NCBI GenBank assembly: GCA_964016885.1
Contig: OZ024742.1
Location: 23,560,001-23,624,000 of the forward strand
DNA length: 64,000 nt
From: Eledone cirrhosa
Lineage: Eukaryota
Direction of reading: 5' to 3'
A model generated the notes under the pieces. It was not told the DNA's origin and did not search any database. It was given only the letters and a program-made list of their open reading frames with translations. The translations under genes were made by a program, and so were the position numbers. Shown one piece after another: positions 1-13,500 of the stretch (position 1 is its first letter; each line of letters starts with the position of its first letter).

Positions 1-418
1 CTCTATTGCACAGTTCGTCATGTTGAACAGAGAGACTAACTTTTAACAGTCCAATTGTCGAAAGCAGACATTTTAAGACAGCATAAGTGTCTGTGGAATG
101 CTTCGCTATATATGCATTAATTTGATGAGTAAGCTGTTCTGTTGATCTAACACTGGAATACATATCATTGAAAGTGATGGAGACCCATTCCAGCTAGCAC
201 TATAGTAGAATTGATTTCTAATAAAGCTGGGTGTACTCTAGTGAGTGTACTCTAGTAAGGGATGTATTGTATGAAAGTTGTTGGAGAAGGTCGTCATAAA
301 CAAATTTGTCAAACGTGCTAACATTCCAATGTCAACTGTAAATTGCTGACAAAAGTTAGTGTTAAATATTCCAGTATTCATATGTATATGAGTGTGCGTG
401 CATGTTCGTATAGGTGTG

Positions 419-420
<2 letters not shown>

Positions 421-510
<90 letters not shown>

Positions 511-531
511 TTATATATATTTATATATATT

Positions 532-566
<35 letters not shown>

Positions 567-600
567 ATATATATATAAATATATATATAAATATATACAT

Positions 601-669
<69 letters not shown>

Positions 670-767
670 TATATAAATATATATAAATACATATATATAT
701 ATATATATATATATGTATTTATATATATTTATATATATTTATATATATATATATGTATATATATATT

Positions 768-802
<35 letters not shown>

Positions 803-810
803 TTATATAT

Positions 811-860
<50 letters not shown>

Positions 861-890
861 ATGTATATATTTATATATATATTTATATAT

Positions 891-928
<38 letters not shown>

Positions 929-943
929 GTAGATATATGTATA

Positions 944-991
<48 letters not shown>

Positions 992-1000
992 TGTATATAT

Positions 1001-1067
<67 letters not shown>

Positions 1068-1086
1068 AGTATATATATATACATAT

Positions 1087-1140
<54 letters not shown>
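421..1140. repeat. (TA)n microsatellite tract; one of many (others near 3.7-3.9k, 5.1-5.3k, 21.0-21.3k, 32.0-32.6k, 49.4-49.9k)
   Basis: Direct dinucleotide periodicity; source of the (YI)n pseudo-ORFs in the ORF track. Confidence 0.99.
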
Positions 1141-1146
<6 letters not shown>

Positions 1147-1600
1147 ATACTTTGGGAGGGTCATGTTGCCAATAAGAAACACACGCACCAGTTGCTTTCA
1201 CTTCAATTTATTATAATAAATTTATAAATTTCCGGTTGGTTGGTTGGTTCCACAACCAGATGGTTGTTTATATATTGTCAAAGTTCTTTCGCCACACATT
1301 CTGTGACCTCTTCAGTGACTGGGGTTTCTTTTCTTTGTTTTTGTGCCTCTCCTTTGTTCTGTCCTACGCCATCTTGTTTCAGAAACAATATATAAACAAC
1401 CATCTGGTTGTGGAACCAACCAACCAACCGGAAATTTATAAATTCCTAAATTTATAAATGTATTATAATAAATTGAAGTGAAAGCATCTGGTGCATGTGT
1501 TTGTTATTGGCAACATGACCCTCCCAAAGTATAACAATATCGGTGGTTTCAACACATGTTTTCTGATAAAGAATCTTGCTTATCAAATTCAGAAACGAAA
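1139..1600 (-). mobile_element. Penelope-pLTR/retrozyme-like insertion (family A) with inverted arms, flanked by (TA)n
   Basis: 1139-1278 is a near reverse complement of 1385-1540; the spacer holds a hammerhead motif on the minus strand; TA tracts on both sides. Confidence 0.7.
1275..1320 (-). ncRNA. Type I hammerhead ribozyme, family A
   Basis: Minus strand GUCA-CUGAAGA-G-GUCACA gaaug UGUGGC-GAA-AG aa CU-U-UGAC: core plus stems I, II and minimal III; one extra G after the core. Confidence 0.65.
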
Positions 1601-1644
1601 TATATATATATATATATATATGTGTGTGTCTGTGTGTGTATGTT

Positions 1645-1677
<33 letters not shown>

Positions 1678-1679
<2 letters not shown>

Positions 1680-1850
1680 CGAAGGAAATGTGGTAAGTAA
1701 CCAGGTGGACCATAACGTACCAAAGTACTCAATACTTGAGGTAGTAGAGTGGGTAATAGGAACCAGTAAGACCCCGACAGCTGAGCTCAAGCCGTTTCGA
1801 ATTAGCCGTCGAAACGGCTTGAGCTCAGCTGTCGGGGTCTTACTGGTTCC

Positions 1851-1852
<2 letters not shown>
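1678..1852. mobile_element. Foldback-ended repeat in (TA)n; second copy at 22858-23053
   Basis: Perfect ~44-bp hairpin (1757-1800/1809-1852); the body (gtaaccaggtggaccataacgtaccaaagtactcaatac) recurs diverged at 22858-23053 with a longer hairpin. Confidence 0.7.
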
Positions 1853-1883
<31 letters not shown>

Positions 1884-2098
1884 ATGCTTGCATATATAGA
1901 TACATATATACATAGTTATACGTATGTGTATGTTTAGGTATGTATTAACTGTTTAAATTGGGATATTTCGTTAGTCAGTCGTATACAAACAGGATTAAGT
2001 AATCACATCTGAATAGTTAGACGTACTTGTATTTGTTTACCTGAAACGAACCCATTCGAAATACATGAATAAGTGAAACTATTAACACACGCATACAC

Positions 2099-2140
<42 letters not shown>

Positions 2141-2147
2141 TAAAGAT

Positions 2148-2203
<56 letters not shown>

Positions 2204-2344
2204 GTATGTGTATATGTGTCTGTGTGTGTGTGTACATATATACATACATAAATATAAACACATACACGTATATAATATATATATATATATTTATATAGTA
2301 TATGCGTGTATGTGTTTATATTTATGCATGAATCTATGTACACG

Positions 2345-2439
<95 letters not shown>

Positions 2440-3504
2440 AGAGAGGGAAAGATATATACGCAAAACACCCACGAATGCATTATTATACTTATAATATTAT
2501 AATAGGATGTGGGTGTGTTAGTATGTTTGTTTTTATGTGTATGCATGGTATAGAATCTCTTCATCAAATTGTCTCTCTTTGCTCTGTTACAATGATATTA
2601 TCACCTCATTATTTCTTTCTCTTTTTCTAATGAGTTTTTCGTTCTTACACATTTTCCTTGTTCAAAAGATTTATCTTACGTTAAGTATATTTATTAGAAT
2701 ATGTTACAAATATATGACAACCTGAAATATGTTTTTAATTGTTAGAAAGCATAAGAATAGATGTAAAATATTATATGTTCTACAAATAATTGTATAATTT
2801 CCTTCAAGGTTTCTTTCGAATGCTGTTATGTATAGCCTAGCTTACGGCTTTGTAAGGAGAGTTAAAGCACCTAATCTCACATACGTCTTTCCCTACAGAA
2901 GGTGCATTCCTCCTGTGCAGAGTATATTGCTTTTCCAGTGTGTCGTTGGTGTAGAGCGGATGTTCTCTTATGATCTGCTTGTTAGCAGAGAGTTATCAGT
3001 ATCGACATATACTTGGAGAGGTTATTGGTGATCGAATGTCGAGGTTCCTGTAGCAGTTATTGGGGCAATGGTGCTCAATATTTTCTATATTCATTTATGG
3101 CAATGCCAATCAGAAATTGATTAACCTCACTGCTCCTATCCCCATTGCTGCAACTACCTCAACTATCACAAGCACCAGGGCCAATAGGGTCAGGCTATTT
3201 CTAACTTCATCTGTACACATTTATCAAGTCCATTACCATTACATTATACTGTCCTCCATTTTTACAGCTTCTTCTTCGAACGGTCTTCGTATTTTATCTA
3301 TCATGTTTAAAATATAATTTGTATTACATTTATCTTCTTGTCTTTCATTACGTCTTCCTTCAGACTCCCCTGTAACTGTTTCGTATTTTATTGGGCTTCT
3401 TCGTACATCCAATGACGAAGCTACACTGGCGCCACCGTTTTGATAGAGTTACCTCCACATACGTGACTTGGGTATATTAATATCACAACTCTCTCTCTCA
3501 CACG

Positions 3505-3542
<38 letters not shown>

Positions 3543-3826
3543 ACCATTAAACAACACACATATATACAAAAATACATACATGTGTACATACTTATAATAA
3601 AGTGCACACATTTATACTTACATACCTGTATATATGTATACATGCATGCATGTATGTATATAAGTATTAATGTATGAGTGTGTGTCAGTGTATCTCTGTA
3701 TGTGATTATATAGATATATATATCTACACACACACACACACATATATATATATACACACATATATATATATATATATATACACATATATATATATATATA
3801 AATATATATATATAAATATATATAAA

Positions 3827-3901
<75 letters not shown>

Positions 3902-4270
3902 TATATAAATATATGTGTGTGTGTGTGTGTGTCTATGTACGGATGCCTGCTACACGTTAGCAGATAGAGCAAGTGTTGATGGTCTGTTGTAGACAAAACA
4001 AGAACAGACGTAATAATTAAATGATATTGTTATTGTTCTTGTTGTGCCTCACAACCATCGGTTGCTCTCTTTGATTTGCTAAAACGCTAAAACGTTTTCT
4101 TTTGAAAGTTTCCATTGTTTTATGTAGTTGTTCTATTGTTGTTATGATGTTTATTATATGATCGTCTTCTTAATTTATGGTGTAGCTGTATGTATGTATT
4201 TCAGCGTGTGTATGTCTCTGTGTATGTGTATGATGGTGTGTGTGTATGACTCTGTGTGTGTGAGATACAT

Positions 4271-4303
<33 letters not shown>

Positions 4304-4389
4304 CTGACATCAGTGTTTATGTGTCTGTGTGACTGACTGTATGAAAGGGAAAGATGTATATGCTTATATATATATATATATATATAATT

Positions 4390-4545
<156 letters not shown>

Positions 4546-4765
4546 AGAGAAACAGAGAGAGAGGGAGAGAGAAATAAAGAGAGGGAAATAAAAAGAGAGT
4601 GAGACAGTGAAGACATAGGCTGACATCGGTACGAATGTATTTTTTGTGTCTGTGTATCTCTGCATGTGAGTGATTGTATGAATGTATGGGAGCGAGTGGT
4701 TGTGATCAGCATGTATCTGTCTATATCTGTGAGTGAATGAGATAGAGATATATAGATAGAAAGAT

Positions 4766-4907
<142 letters not shown>

Positions 4908-5124
4908 CGAAGAGAGAGAAAGTGACATAGGCTGACAAAGATATATAGACAGTGTATTCTGCATGTATGATTATGTGTTTATGTATGAGAAATATGGTGT
5001 GTATTTTGTTCTATGTATATATGTATAGTGTTGTCCCGTTTCACCTTCCATACAGTATTCCCTATATGATTTCCAACTGACAAACATATTCACAAATACC
5101 TAACTTACTCTCCTCCCCCTTATA

Positions 5125-5312
<188 letters not shown>

Positions 5313-5370
5313 ATATATATATATAGTGACGAAACATAAATCAATTGCAGGAACTCATACTCCTTTATTT

Positions 5371-5426
5371 ACTGCTATATATATTTCGATGATAGCCATT
5401 GAATGGCTATGACCTCATCAGGCAGT
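5371..5426 (-). ncRNA. Type I hammerhead ribozyme, family B
   Basis: Minus strand ACUGC-CUGAUGA-GGU c AUAGCCA uucaa UGGCUAU c AUC-GAA-AUAUAUAU-A-GCAGU; canonical core, G10.1-C11.1, palindromic stem III; lies in a ~165-bp insert (5325-5490) between TA tracts. Confidence 0.85.
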
Positions 5427-5512
5427 TAGTCAGTTCTTAGATATGCCAGCTCTGTGTTTATAGTGTTGATGGTATCAGAGCCTTGAGACATATCTATATA
5501 TATCTATATATA

Positions 5513-5553
<41 letters not shown>

Positions 5554-5792
5554 CTGCTATATTCTAAATTACTACTCTGTAAAATAACTGATGTTCTTAC
5601 ATTGATCTATTTCTCTTACTGGTAATAAGGTAGTAATAAATTACTGCCTTCCCTGTTTATAGTTGTTTCATATGCTGGGTAGAGCACTCAACGAAGTGCG
5701 CAGGTGGGCCTGTTTACTCCAGTGTGATATAAAAACAAGAAATGTAAGTCAACCTGTTGACTTACATTTCTTGTGTATATATACATATATAC

Positions 5793-5823
<31 letters not shown>

Positions 5824-5827
5824 GAGA

Positions 5828-6763
5828 GAATAAGGTTAATATATATCTGAGGGTACTATGTACCCCCGGAAATATATAGTGTGTCTATGATTTAAGGTGG
5901 TTCTATGGTAATAATTTGATATACCAGAACTTAATATCAAGATAAGCAGAACAAGTAAAATTCAACCAATTTTTCAAAATAAATCAAAATTAATATACAA
6001 TTAAAATTAATCAAAATTAAAAAATATAATATAAATATTTACCTATTCAAATGGCCCTAACTGTACAGTTTCACGTTGCAAAACATTAGATATGTTTTGC
6101 AACGTGAAACTGTACAGTTAGGGCCATTTGAATAGGTAAATATTTATATTATATTTTTTAATTTTGATTAATTTTAATTGTATATTAATTTTGATTTATT
6201 TTGAAAAATTGGTTGAATTTTACTTGTTCTGCTTATCTTGATATTAAGTTCTGGTATATCAAATTATTACCATAGAACCACCTTAAATCATAGACACACT
6301 ATATATTTCCGGGGGTACATTGTACCCTCAGATATATATTGACCTTATTCAATATTCTCCAAGTATGTAGAGAAAAATCCTGTCGTTCTATCTAGTTGCT
6401 AAATATCTTTTTTGGTAGCGATCATAGACGACCAGTCTACGATTTCCCGCCTTCACTATACACCAACGTATTTATGGGTCACTTTCACGACCTTTCAGAC
6501 CTGTATTAGTTGGAGTGAGGTCATATATTTTATCGTTCCTGGGGTTTTTAACCCTAGGATAGGAAAATGCTTCTCTGATGATCTTTGCTTTTCCATTAAT
6601 ATCCACGTGATATCTAATGTTTTGCAACGTGAAACTGTACAGTTAGGGCCATTTGAATAGGTAAATATTTATATTATATTTTTTAATTTTGAGTAATTTT
6701 AATTGTATATTAATTTTGATTTATTTTGAAAAATTGGTTGAATTTTACTTGTTCTGCTTATCT

Positions 6764-6768
<5 letters not shown>
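5828..6768 (+). mobile_element. Retrozyme/pLTR-like insertion (family C): inverted partial copy plus 525-bp monomer plus partial repeat
   Basis: 5832-6088 is the reverse complement of 6092-6350; 6617-6768 repeats 6092-6243 (period 525); TA flanks. Confidence 0.8.
6569..6649 (+). ncRNA. Type I hammerhead ribozyme, family C
   Basis: GCUUCU-CUGAUGA(6575)-long stem II (UUGC/GCAA, CAUUA/UAAUG, AUAUC/GAUAU)-GAA-ACUGUACAGU-U-AGGGC; predicted cut after 6644 (GUU). Confidence 0.75.
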
Positions 6769-6804
<36 letters not shown>

Positions 6805-6834
6805 AGCTCACCAAACTTACTCTCCCCCACCCGC

Positions 6835-6876
<42 letters not shown>

Positions 6877-6880
<4 letters not shown>

Positions 6881-7082
6881 TGAAATAAACAACATAAGAT
6901 AATTATTTCATTCACCAGTGGTTTCTTGAAGACAGATGTTGTATCTGTCTTCAGTCGTCAGGATGGATAAAAAAGACATGGTGTTTTTATTAAATATGGA
7001 TTTGAAAATAAAATTCATGGAATATGAAAGTGAGGCTGAAAAAACAGGCGAAAAGGAAATAGGTGAAAAAAATAATAAAAAA
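6877..7082 (-). mobile_element. Family D left arm (inverted copy of 8695-8912) with degraded hammerhead
   Basis: Reverse complement of 8695-8912; the hammerhead at ~6907-6966 has GUG at the cleavage triplet and stem I mismatches. Confidence 0.75.
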
Positions 7083-7089
7083 TATATAT

Positions 7090-8673
7090 ATATGAAGACA
7101 AACATAGAATATTCGAAAATATTCTGTATGTTTATAATAAACATTTTGAAGACCTAATCGCTATAGAATAGAATACGTCACGTATTACAATTTGAGATTC
7201 TCGATAAAAGCAAGGGAAGTAACCTACGCGTTTCATTCTTATTAGAAATCATCAGGATTACATATCCAATGCTTTTATCGAGAATCTCAAATTGTAATAC
7301 GTGACGTATTCTATTCTATAGCGATTAGGTCTTCAAAATGTTTATTATAAACATAGAAGAATATTTTCGAATATTCTATGTTTGTCTTCACATATATATC
7401 GCTATTTCAGAGCATTAAATCCAAATTATAATTTCTGCCGGACCGGCTACCGCTCTTTCAAACCAGTTCCTGTACACAGCTAAGTATTCTATAAGTCTCT
7501 AGCTGTGTCGTTCTCGATAAAAGCATTGGATATGTAATCCTGATGATTTCTAATAAGAATGAAACGCGTAGGTTACTTCCCTTGCTTTTATCGAGAATCT
7601 CAAATTGTAATACGTGACGTATTCTATTCTATAGCGATTAGGTCTTCAAAATGTTTATTATAAACATACAGAATATTTTCGAATATTCTATGTTTGTCTT
7701 CACATATATATCGCTATTTCAGAGCATTAAATCCAAATTCTAATTTCTGCCGGACCGGCTACCGCTCTTTCAAACCAGTTCCTGTACACAGCTAAGTATT
7801 CTATAAGTCTCTAGCTGTGTCGTTCTCGATAAAAGCATTGGATATGTAATCCTGATGATTTCTAATAAGAATGAAACGCGTAGGTTACTTCCCTTGCTTT
7901 TATCGAGAATCTCAAATTGTAATACGTGACGTATTCTATTCTATAGCGATTAGGTCTTCAAAATGTTTATTATAAACATACAGAATATTTTCGAATATTC
8001 TATGTTTGTCTTCACATATATATCGCTATTTCAGAGCATTAAATCCAAATTCTAATTTCTGCCGGACCGGCTACCGCTCTTTCAAACCAGTTCCTGTACA
8101 CAGCTAAGTATTCTATAAGTCTCTAGCTGTGTCGTTCTCGATAAAAGCATTGGATATGTAATCCTGATGATTTCTAATAAGAATGAAACGCGTAGGTTAC
8201 TTCCCTTGCTTTTATCGAGAATCTCAAATTGTAATACGTGACGTATTCTATTCTATAGCGATTAGGTCTTCAAAATGTTTATTATAAACATACAGAATAT
8301 TTTCGAATATTCTATGTTTGTCTTCACATATATATCGCTATTTCAGAGCGTTAAATCCAAATTCTAATTTCTGCCGGACCGGCTACCGCTCTTTCAAACC
8401 AGTTCCTGTACACAGCTAAGTATTCTATAAGTCTCTAGCTGTGTCGTTCTCGATAAAAGCATTGGATATGTAATCCTGATGATTTCTAATAAGAATGAAA
8501 CGCGTAGGTTACTTCCCTTGCTTTTATCGAGAATCTCAAATTGTAATACGTGACGTATTCTATTCTATAGCGATTAGGTCTTCAAAATGTTTATTATAAA
8601 CATACAGAATATTTTCGAATATTCTATGTTTGTCTTCACATATATATCGCTATTTCAGAGCATTAAATCCAAA
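7090..8673 (+). repeat. Retrozyme-like tandem array 1 (family E): 312-bp monomer, ~4.5 sense copies plus inverted 5' piece
   Basis: Hammerheads start at 7534, 7846, 8158 and 8470 (period 312); 7090-7270 is an inverted partial copy with a minus-strand hammerhead at 7219-7261; TA flanks. Confidence 0.92.
7534..7576 (+). ncRNA. Minimal type I hammerhead ribozyme, family E (also 7846-7888, 8158-8200, 8470-8512 on +; 7219-7261 on -)
   Basis: GUAAUC-CUGAUGA-U UUCU aaua AGAA U-GAA-ACGCGU-A-GGUUAC; predicted cut after GUA at 7570; stem I is extended by the outer 15-bp pair UUCUCGAUAAAAGCA/UGCUUUUAUCGAGAA. Confidence 0.88.
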
Positions 8674-8823
8674 TATATATATATATATATATAAATATTT
8701 TTTATTATTTTTTTATTATTTTTTTCCCCTATTTCCTTTTCGCCGGTTTTTTTTCAGCCTCACTTTCATATTTCCAAAATTTTATTTTCAAATCCATAAT
8801 TAATAAAAACACCATGATTTTTA

Positions 8824-8881
8824 TTCATTCTGACGACTGAAGACAGATACATCTGTCTTCAAGAAACCACTGGTAAATGAA
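8824..8881 (+). ncRNA. Type I hammerhead ribozyme, family D
   Basis: UUCAUU-CUGACGA-C UGAAGACAGAU ac AUCUGUCUUCA A-GAA-ACC acu GGU-A-AAUGAA; predicted cut after 8875; inside the right arm 8695-8912. Confidence 0.85.
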
Positions 8882-8975
8882 ATAATTATCTTATGTTGTT
8901 TATTACATAACTAATAAGCTCTGTAGCCTACATAGAGCATTCTTTTTTCCTGTACCTTTCCGACGGAAGTTCTTC

Positions 8976-9033
<58 letters not shown>

Positions 9034-9035
<2 letters not shown>

Positions 9036-9949
9036 TAGCGGTGGTACCCGGCGTTGCACGGGATAATGTATTTTGCAACGCGAGCCGTCAACAGACCTAA
9101 TCGTAGAAAAAATGCATGCATGGACAATATGTAAAGAAAATAAACCGAATACTCTGATGGCTGCATAATCTTTAAGATTTTCCTCGATGAGGCAGGAAAA
9201 AATGCTGATTTTCACCTAATGCCCTAGGGGATAAAAAAAATGAATTTTTTTATATACATAATATGCCTTGAAATTTCGGGAAAATCGGCGAGATGTAACG
9301 CTCCCATAAATCCCTAAAAAGCTGAAAAAATGAAGTTTTTCACCTAATACGGGCCCTAGACCATAACAAGTTGGATTTTCTTTGCTCACTGTATGAAGAA
9401 CAGACTGACTAATACACAGTTACAATTTCAAGGAAATCGGTCTGACTTAACGCCTAAAAAAACACCTAAAAAGCTTTAAAAGCGCAGTTTTTCACCTAAT
9501 GAGGGCCCTAGGAGATCAAAAAGTCGACATTTTTTATGTGCATAAAACTCCGTCAATCATAAGTAATAACATGTAAAGTTTGAAAAACATCGGTTGGGTA
9601 CTTCTCGAGTTTTAGGGATTCAAACTCACAGACACACACACAGACAGACATCCTCATGGACGTGGCGTAATGCAGACAGCCAGACATAAAGACAGATATT
9701 ATAAGGGCGCGACGTTATATGTATGTATCTATCTAAAAATAGAAAGACTAAGAATGATAGAGAGAGCTCACTAAATCGCCTAATGCGGTCCCTAGGTGAT
9801 TGAAAATTTGAAATTGTTTTTGCTCAGAACATTCCCTGAAACATAAGTATTACATGTGTAATGTTTGAAAACAGTCGGTTGGGTGGATCTCGAGTTTTAA
9901 GGATTGAAACTCACACACGCACAGACATCCTCAGTTTTATATATATAGA
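9034..9949 (+). mobile_element. Non-autonomous Helitron/Helentron-like element
   Basis: Starts TACTAG..ACCCGGCGTTGCACGGG (subterminal hairpin), has internal repeats, and ends cagacagaca...ttttatatatatagac; this layout is recalled from HINE-like elements. Confidence 0.55.
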
Positions 9950-10480
9950 CTAGCAGAAAACCATCCGGTGGGCGGTTTTCTGCTAGCAGATCTAGTGTAT
10001 ATACTGATACTGTTGAGATTTGGATGAGATATTGAACAAATCAAACGTATTAATCAAATCCCGCAGCTCCAGACTGATATTATGGAACTGCGCAATCTGA
10101 TTAATAAATTACCTCATCAGCAGCAACCTTCTTCAAATGGTCCTTATTATCAGCAGCAACAACCACAAGTTCAATGGCGACCTTCTTCAAACCACAAATT
10201 CAATGGCAACCTTCTTCAAATGGTCCTTGGCATGGTGTCAGGTCAGAACCGCCTTGAACTAGTTACTTCTGGCTCGTGCAAGGTGTCTCTATAGCAACCA
10301 GCGATTCCCTGGGCCTCAGTGACCAAGGCCAGTGGAGAGGGGAAGGTAATGTTTCTATAGCGACAGTGTTTCTCTTAGTAGTACCAAAGTGGAGAAAGGA
10401 AGGGGAAGGTAATATTTCTGTAGCACCTACATTTGAGTTTTAGGGACGGACAGACAGACAAACAGAGAAATGCCCATATA
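9949..10480 (+). mobile_element. Second Helentron-like non-autonomous element; similar start at 34175
   Basis: Begins with the hairpin CTAGCAGAAAACC...GGTTTTCTGCTAG and ends gacggacagacagacaaacagagaaat; the same start hairpin occurs at 34175-34217. Confidence 0.45.
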
Positions 10481-10484
10481 TTTC

Positions 10485-10530
<46 letters not shown>

Positions 10531-10535
<5 letters not shown>

Positions 10536-13500
10536 ATAAATGCTCTGAAATAGCGATATATATGTGAATATAGACATAGAATATTCGAAAATATTCTGTA
10601 TGTTTATAATAAACATTTTGAAGACCTAATCGCTATAGAATAGAATACGTCACGTATTACAATTAGATTCTCGATAAAAGCAAGGGAAGTAATCTACGCG
10701 TTTCATTCTTGTTAGAAATCATCAGGACTACATATCCAGTGCTTTTATCGAGAATGACACAGCTAGAGACTTATAGAATACTTAGCTGTGTACAGGAACT
10801 GGTTTGAAAGAGCGGTTGCCGGTCCGGCAGAAATTAGAAATTGGAATAAATGCTCTGAAATAGCGATATATATGTGAATATAGACATAGAATATTCGAAA
10901 ATATTCTGTATGTTTATAATAAACATTTTGAAGACCTAATCGCTATAGAATAGAATACGTCACGTATTACAATTAGATTCTCGATAAAAGCAAGGGAAGT
11001 AATCTACGCGTTTCATTCTTGTTAGAAATCATCAGGACTACATATCCAGTGCTTTTATCGAGAATGACACAGCTAGAGACTTATAGAATACTTAGCTGTG
11101 TACAGGAACTGGTTTGAAAGAGCGGTTGCCGGTCCGGCAGAAATTAGAAATTGGAACAAATGCTCTGAAATAGCGATATATATGTGAATATAGACATAGA
11201 ATATTCGAAAATATTCTGTATGTTTATAATAAACATTTTGAAGACCTAATCGCTATAGAATAGAATACGTCACGTATTACAATTAGATTCTCGATAAAAG
11301 CAAGGGAAGTAATCTACGCGTTTCATTCTTGTTAGAAATCATCAGGACTACATATCCAGTGCTTTTATCGAGAATGACACAGCTAGAGACTTATAGAATA
11401 CTTAGCTGTGTACAGGAACTGGTTTGAAAGAGCGGTTGCCGGTCCGGCAGAAATTAGAAATTGGAATAAATGCTCTGAAATAGCGATATATATGTGAATA
11501 TAGACATAGAATATTCGAAAATATTCTGTATGTTTATAATAAACATTTTGAAGACCTAATCGCTATAGAATAGAATACGTCACGTATTACAATTAGATTC
11601 TCGATAAAAGCAAGGGAAGTAATCTACGCGTTTCATTCTTGTTAGAAATCATCAGGACTACATATCCAGTGCTTTTATCGAGAATGACACAGCTAGAGAC
11701 TTATAGAATACTTAGCTGTGTACAGGAACTGGTTTGAAAGAGCGGTTGCCGGTCCGGCAGAAATTAGAAATTGGAATAAATGCTCTGAAATAGCGATATA
11801 TATGTGAATATAGACATAGAATATTCGAAAATATTCTGTATGTTTATAATAAACATTTTGAAGACCTAATCGCTATAGAATAGAATACGTCACGTATTAC
11901 AATTAGATTCTCGATAAAAGCAAGGGAAGTAATCTACGCGTTTCATTCTTGTTAGAAATCATCAGGACTACATATCCAGTGCTTTTATCGAGAATGACAC
12001 AGCTAGAGACTTATAGAATACTTAGCTGTGTACAGGAACTGGTTTGAAAGAGCGGTTGCCGGTCCGGCAGAAATTAGAAATTGGAATAAATGCTCTGAAA
12101 TAGCGATATATATGTGAATATAGACATAGAATATTCGAAAATATTCTGTATGTTTATAATAAACATTTTGAAGACCTAATCGCTATAGAATAGAATACGT
12201 CACGTATTACAATTAGATTCTCGATAAAAGCAAGGGAAGTAATCTACGCGTTTCATTCTTGTTAGAAATCATCAGGACTACATATCCAGTGCTTTTATCG
12301 AGAATGACACAGCTAGAGACTAATAGAATACTTAGCTGTGTACAGGAACTGGTTTGAAAGAGCGGTTGCCGGTCCGGCTGAAATTAGAAATTGGAATAAA
12401 TGCTCTGAAATAGCGATATATATGTGAATATAGACATAGAATATTCGAAAATATTCTGTATGTTTATAATAAACATTTTGAAGACCTAATCGCTATAGAA
12501 TAGAATACGTCACGTATTACAATTAGATTCTCGATAAAAGCAAGGGAAGTAATCTACGCGTTTCATTCTTGTTAGAAATCATCAGGACTACATATCCAGT
12601 GCTTTTATCGAGAATGACACAGCTAGAGACTTATAGAATACTTAGCTGTGTACAGGAACTGGTTTGAAAGAGCGGTTGCCGGTCCGGCAGAAATTAGAAA
12701 TTGGAATAAATGCTCTGAAATAGCGATATATATGTGAATATAGACATAGAATATTCGAAAATATTCTGTATGTTTATAATAAACATTTTGAAGACCTAAT
12801 CGCTATAGAATAGAATACGTCACGTATTACAATTAGATTCTCGATAAAAGCAAGGGAAGTAATCTACGCGTTTCATTCTTGTTAGAAATCATCAGGACTA
12901 CATATCCAGTGCTTTTATCGAGAATGACACAGCTAGAGACTTATAGAATACTTAGCTGTGTACAGGAACTGGTTTGAAAGAGCGGTTGCCGGTCCGGCAG
13001 AAATTAGAAATTGGAATAAATGCTCTGAAATAGCGATATATATGTGAATATAGACATAGAATATTCGAAAATATTCTGTATGTTTATAATAAACATTTTG
13101 AAGACCTAATCGCTATAGAATAGAATACGTCACGTATTACAATTAGATTCTCGATAAAAGCAAGGGAAGTAATCTACGCGTTTCATTCTTGTTAGAAATC
13201 ATCAGGACTACATATCCAGTGCTTTTATCGAGAATGACACAGCTAGAGACTTATAGAATACTTAGCTGTGTACAGGAACTGGTTTGAAAGAGCGGTTGCC
13301 GGTCCGGCAGAAATTAGAAATTGGAATAAATGCTCTGAAATAGCGATATATATGTGAATATAGACATAGAATATTCGAAAATATTCTGTATGTTTATAAT
13401 AAACATTTTGAAGACCTAATCGCTATAGAATAGAATACGTCACGTATTACAATTAGATTCTCGATAAGAGCAAGGGAAGTAATCTACGCGTTTCATTCTT

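Noticed and set aside
5845-5885. CTGAGGG-TAC..GTACCC..GGAAATATATA as a hammerhead
   Set aside because: The core lacks A9 and the stem II register does not fit; it is antisense to the better family C motif.
6500-6595. Minus-strand peptide AKIIREAF as a GIY-YIG remnant
   Set aside because: The same bases form the family C hammerhead on the plus strand, and no other endonuclease motifs are present.
10082-10294. Gln-rich 70-aa ORF
   Set aside because: Arises from short internal tandem repeats inside a Helentron-like element.
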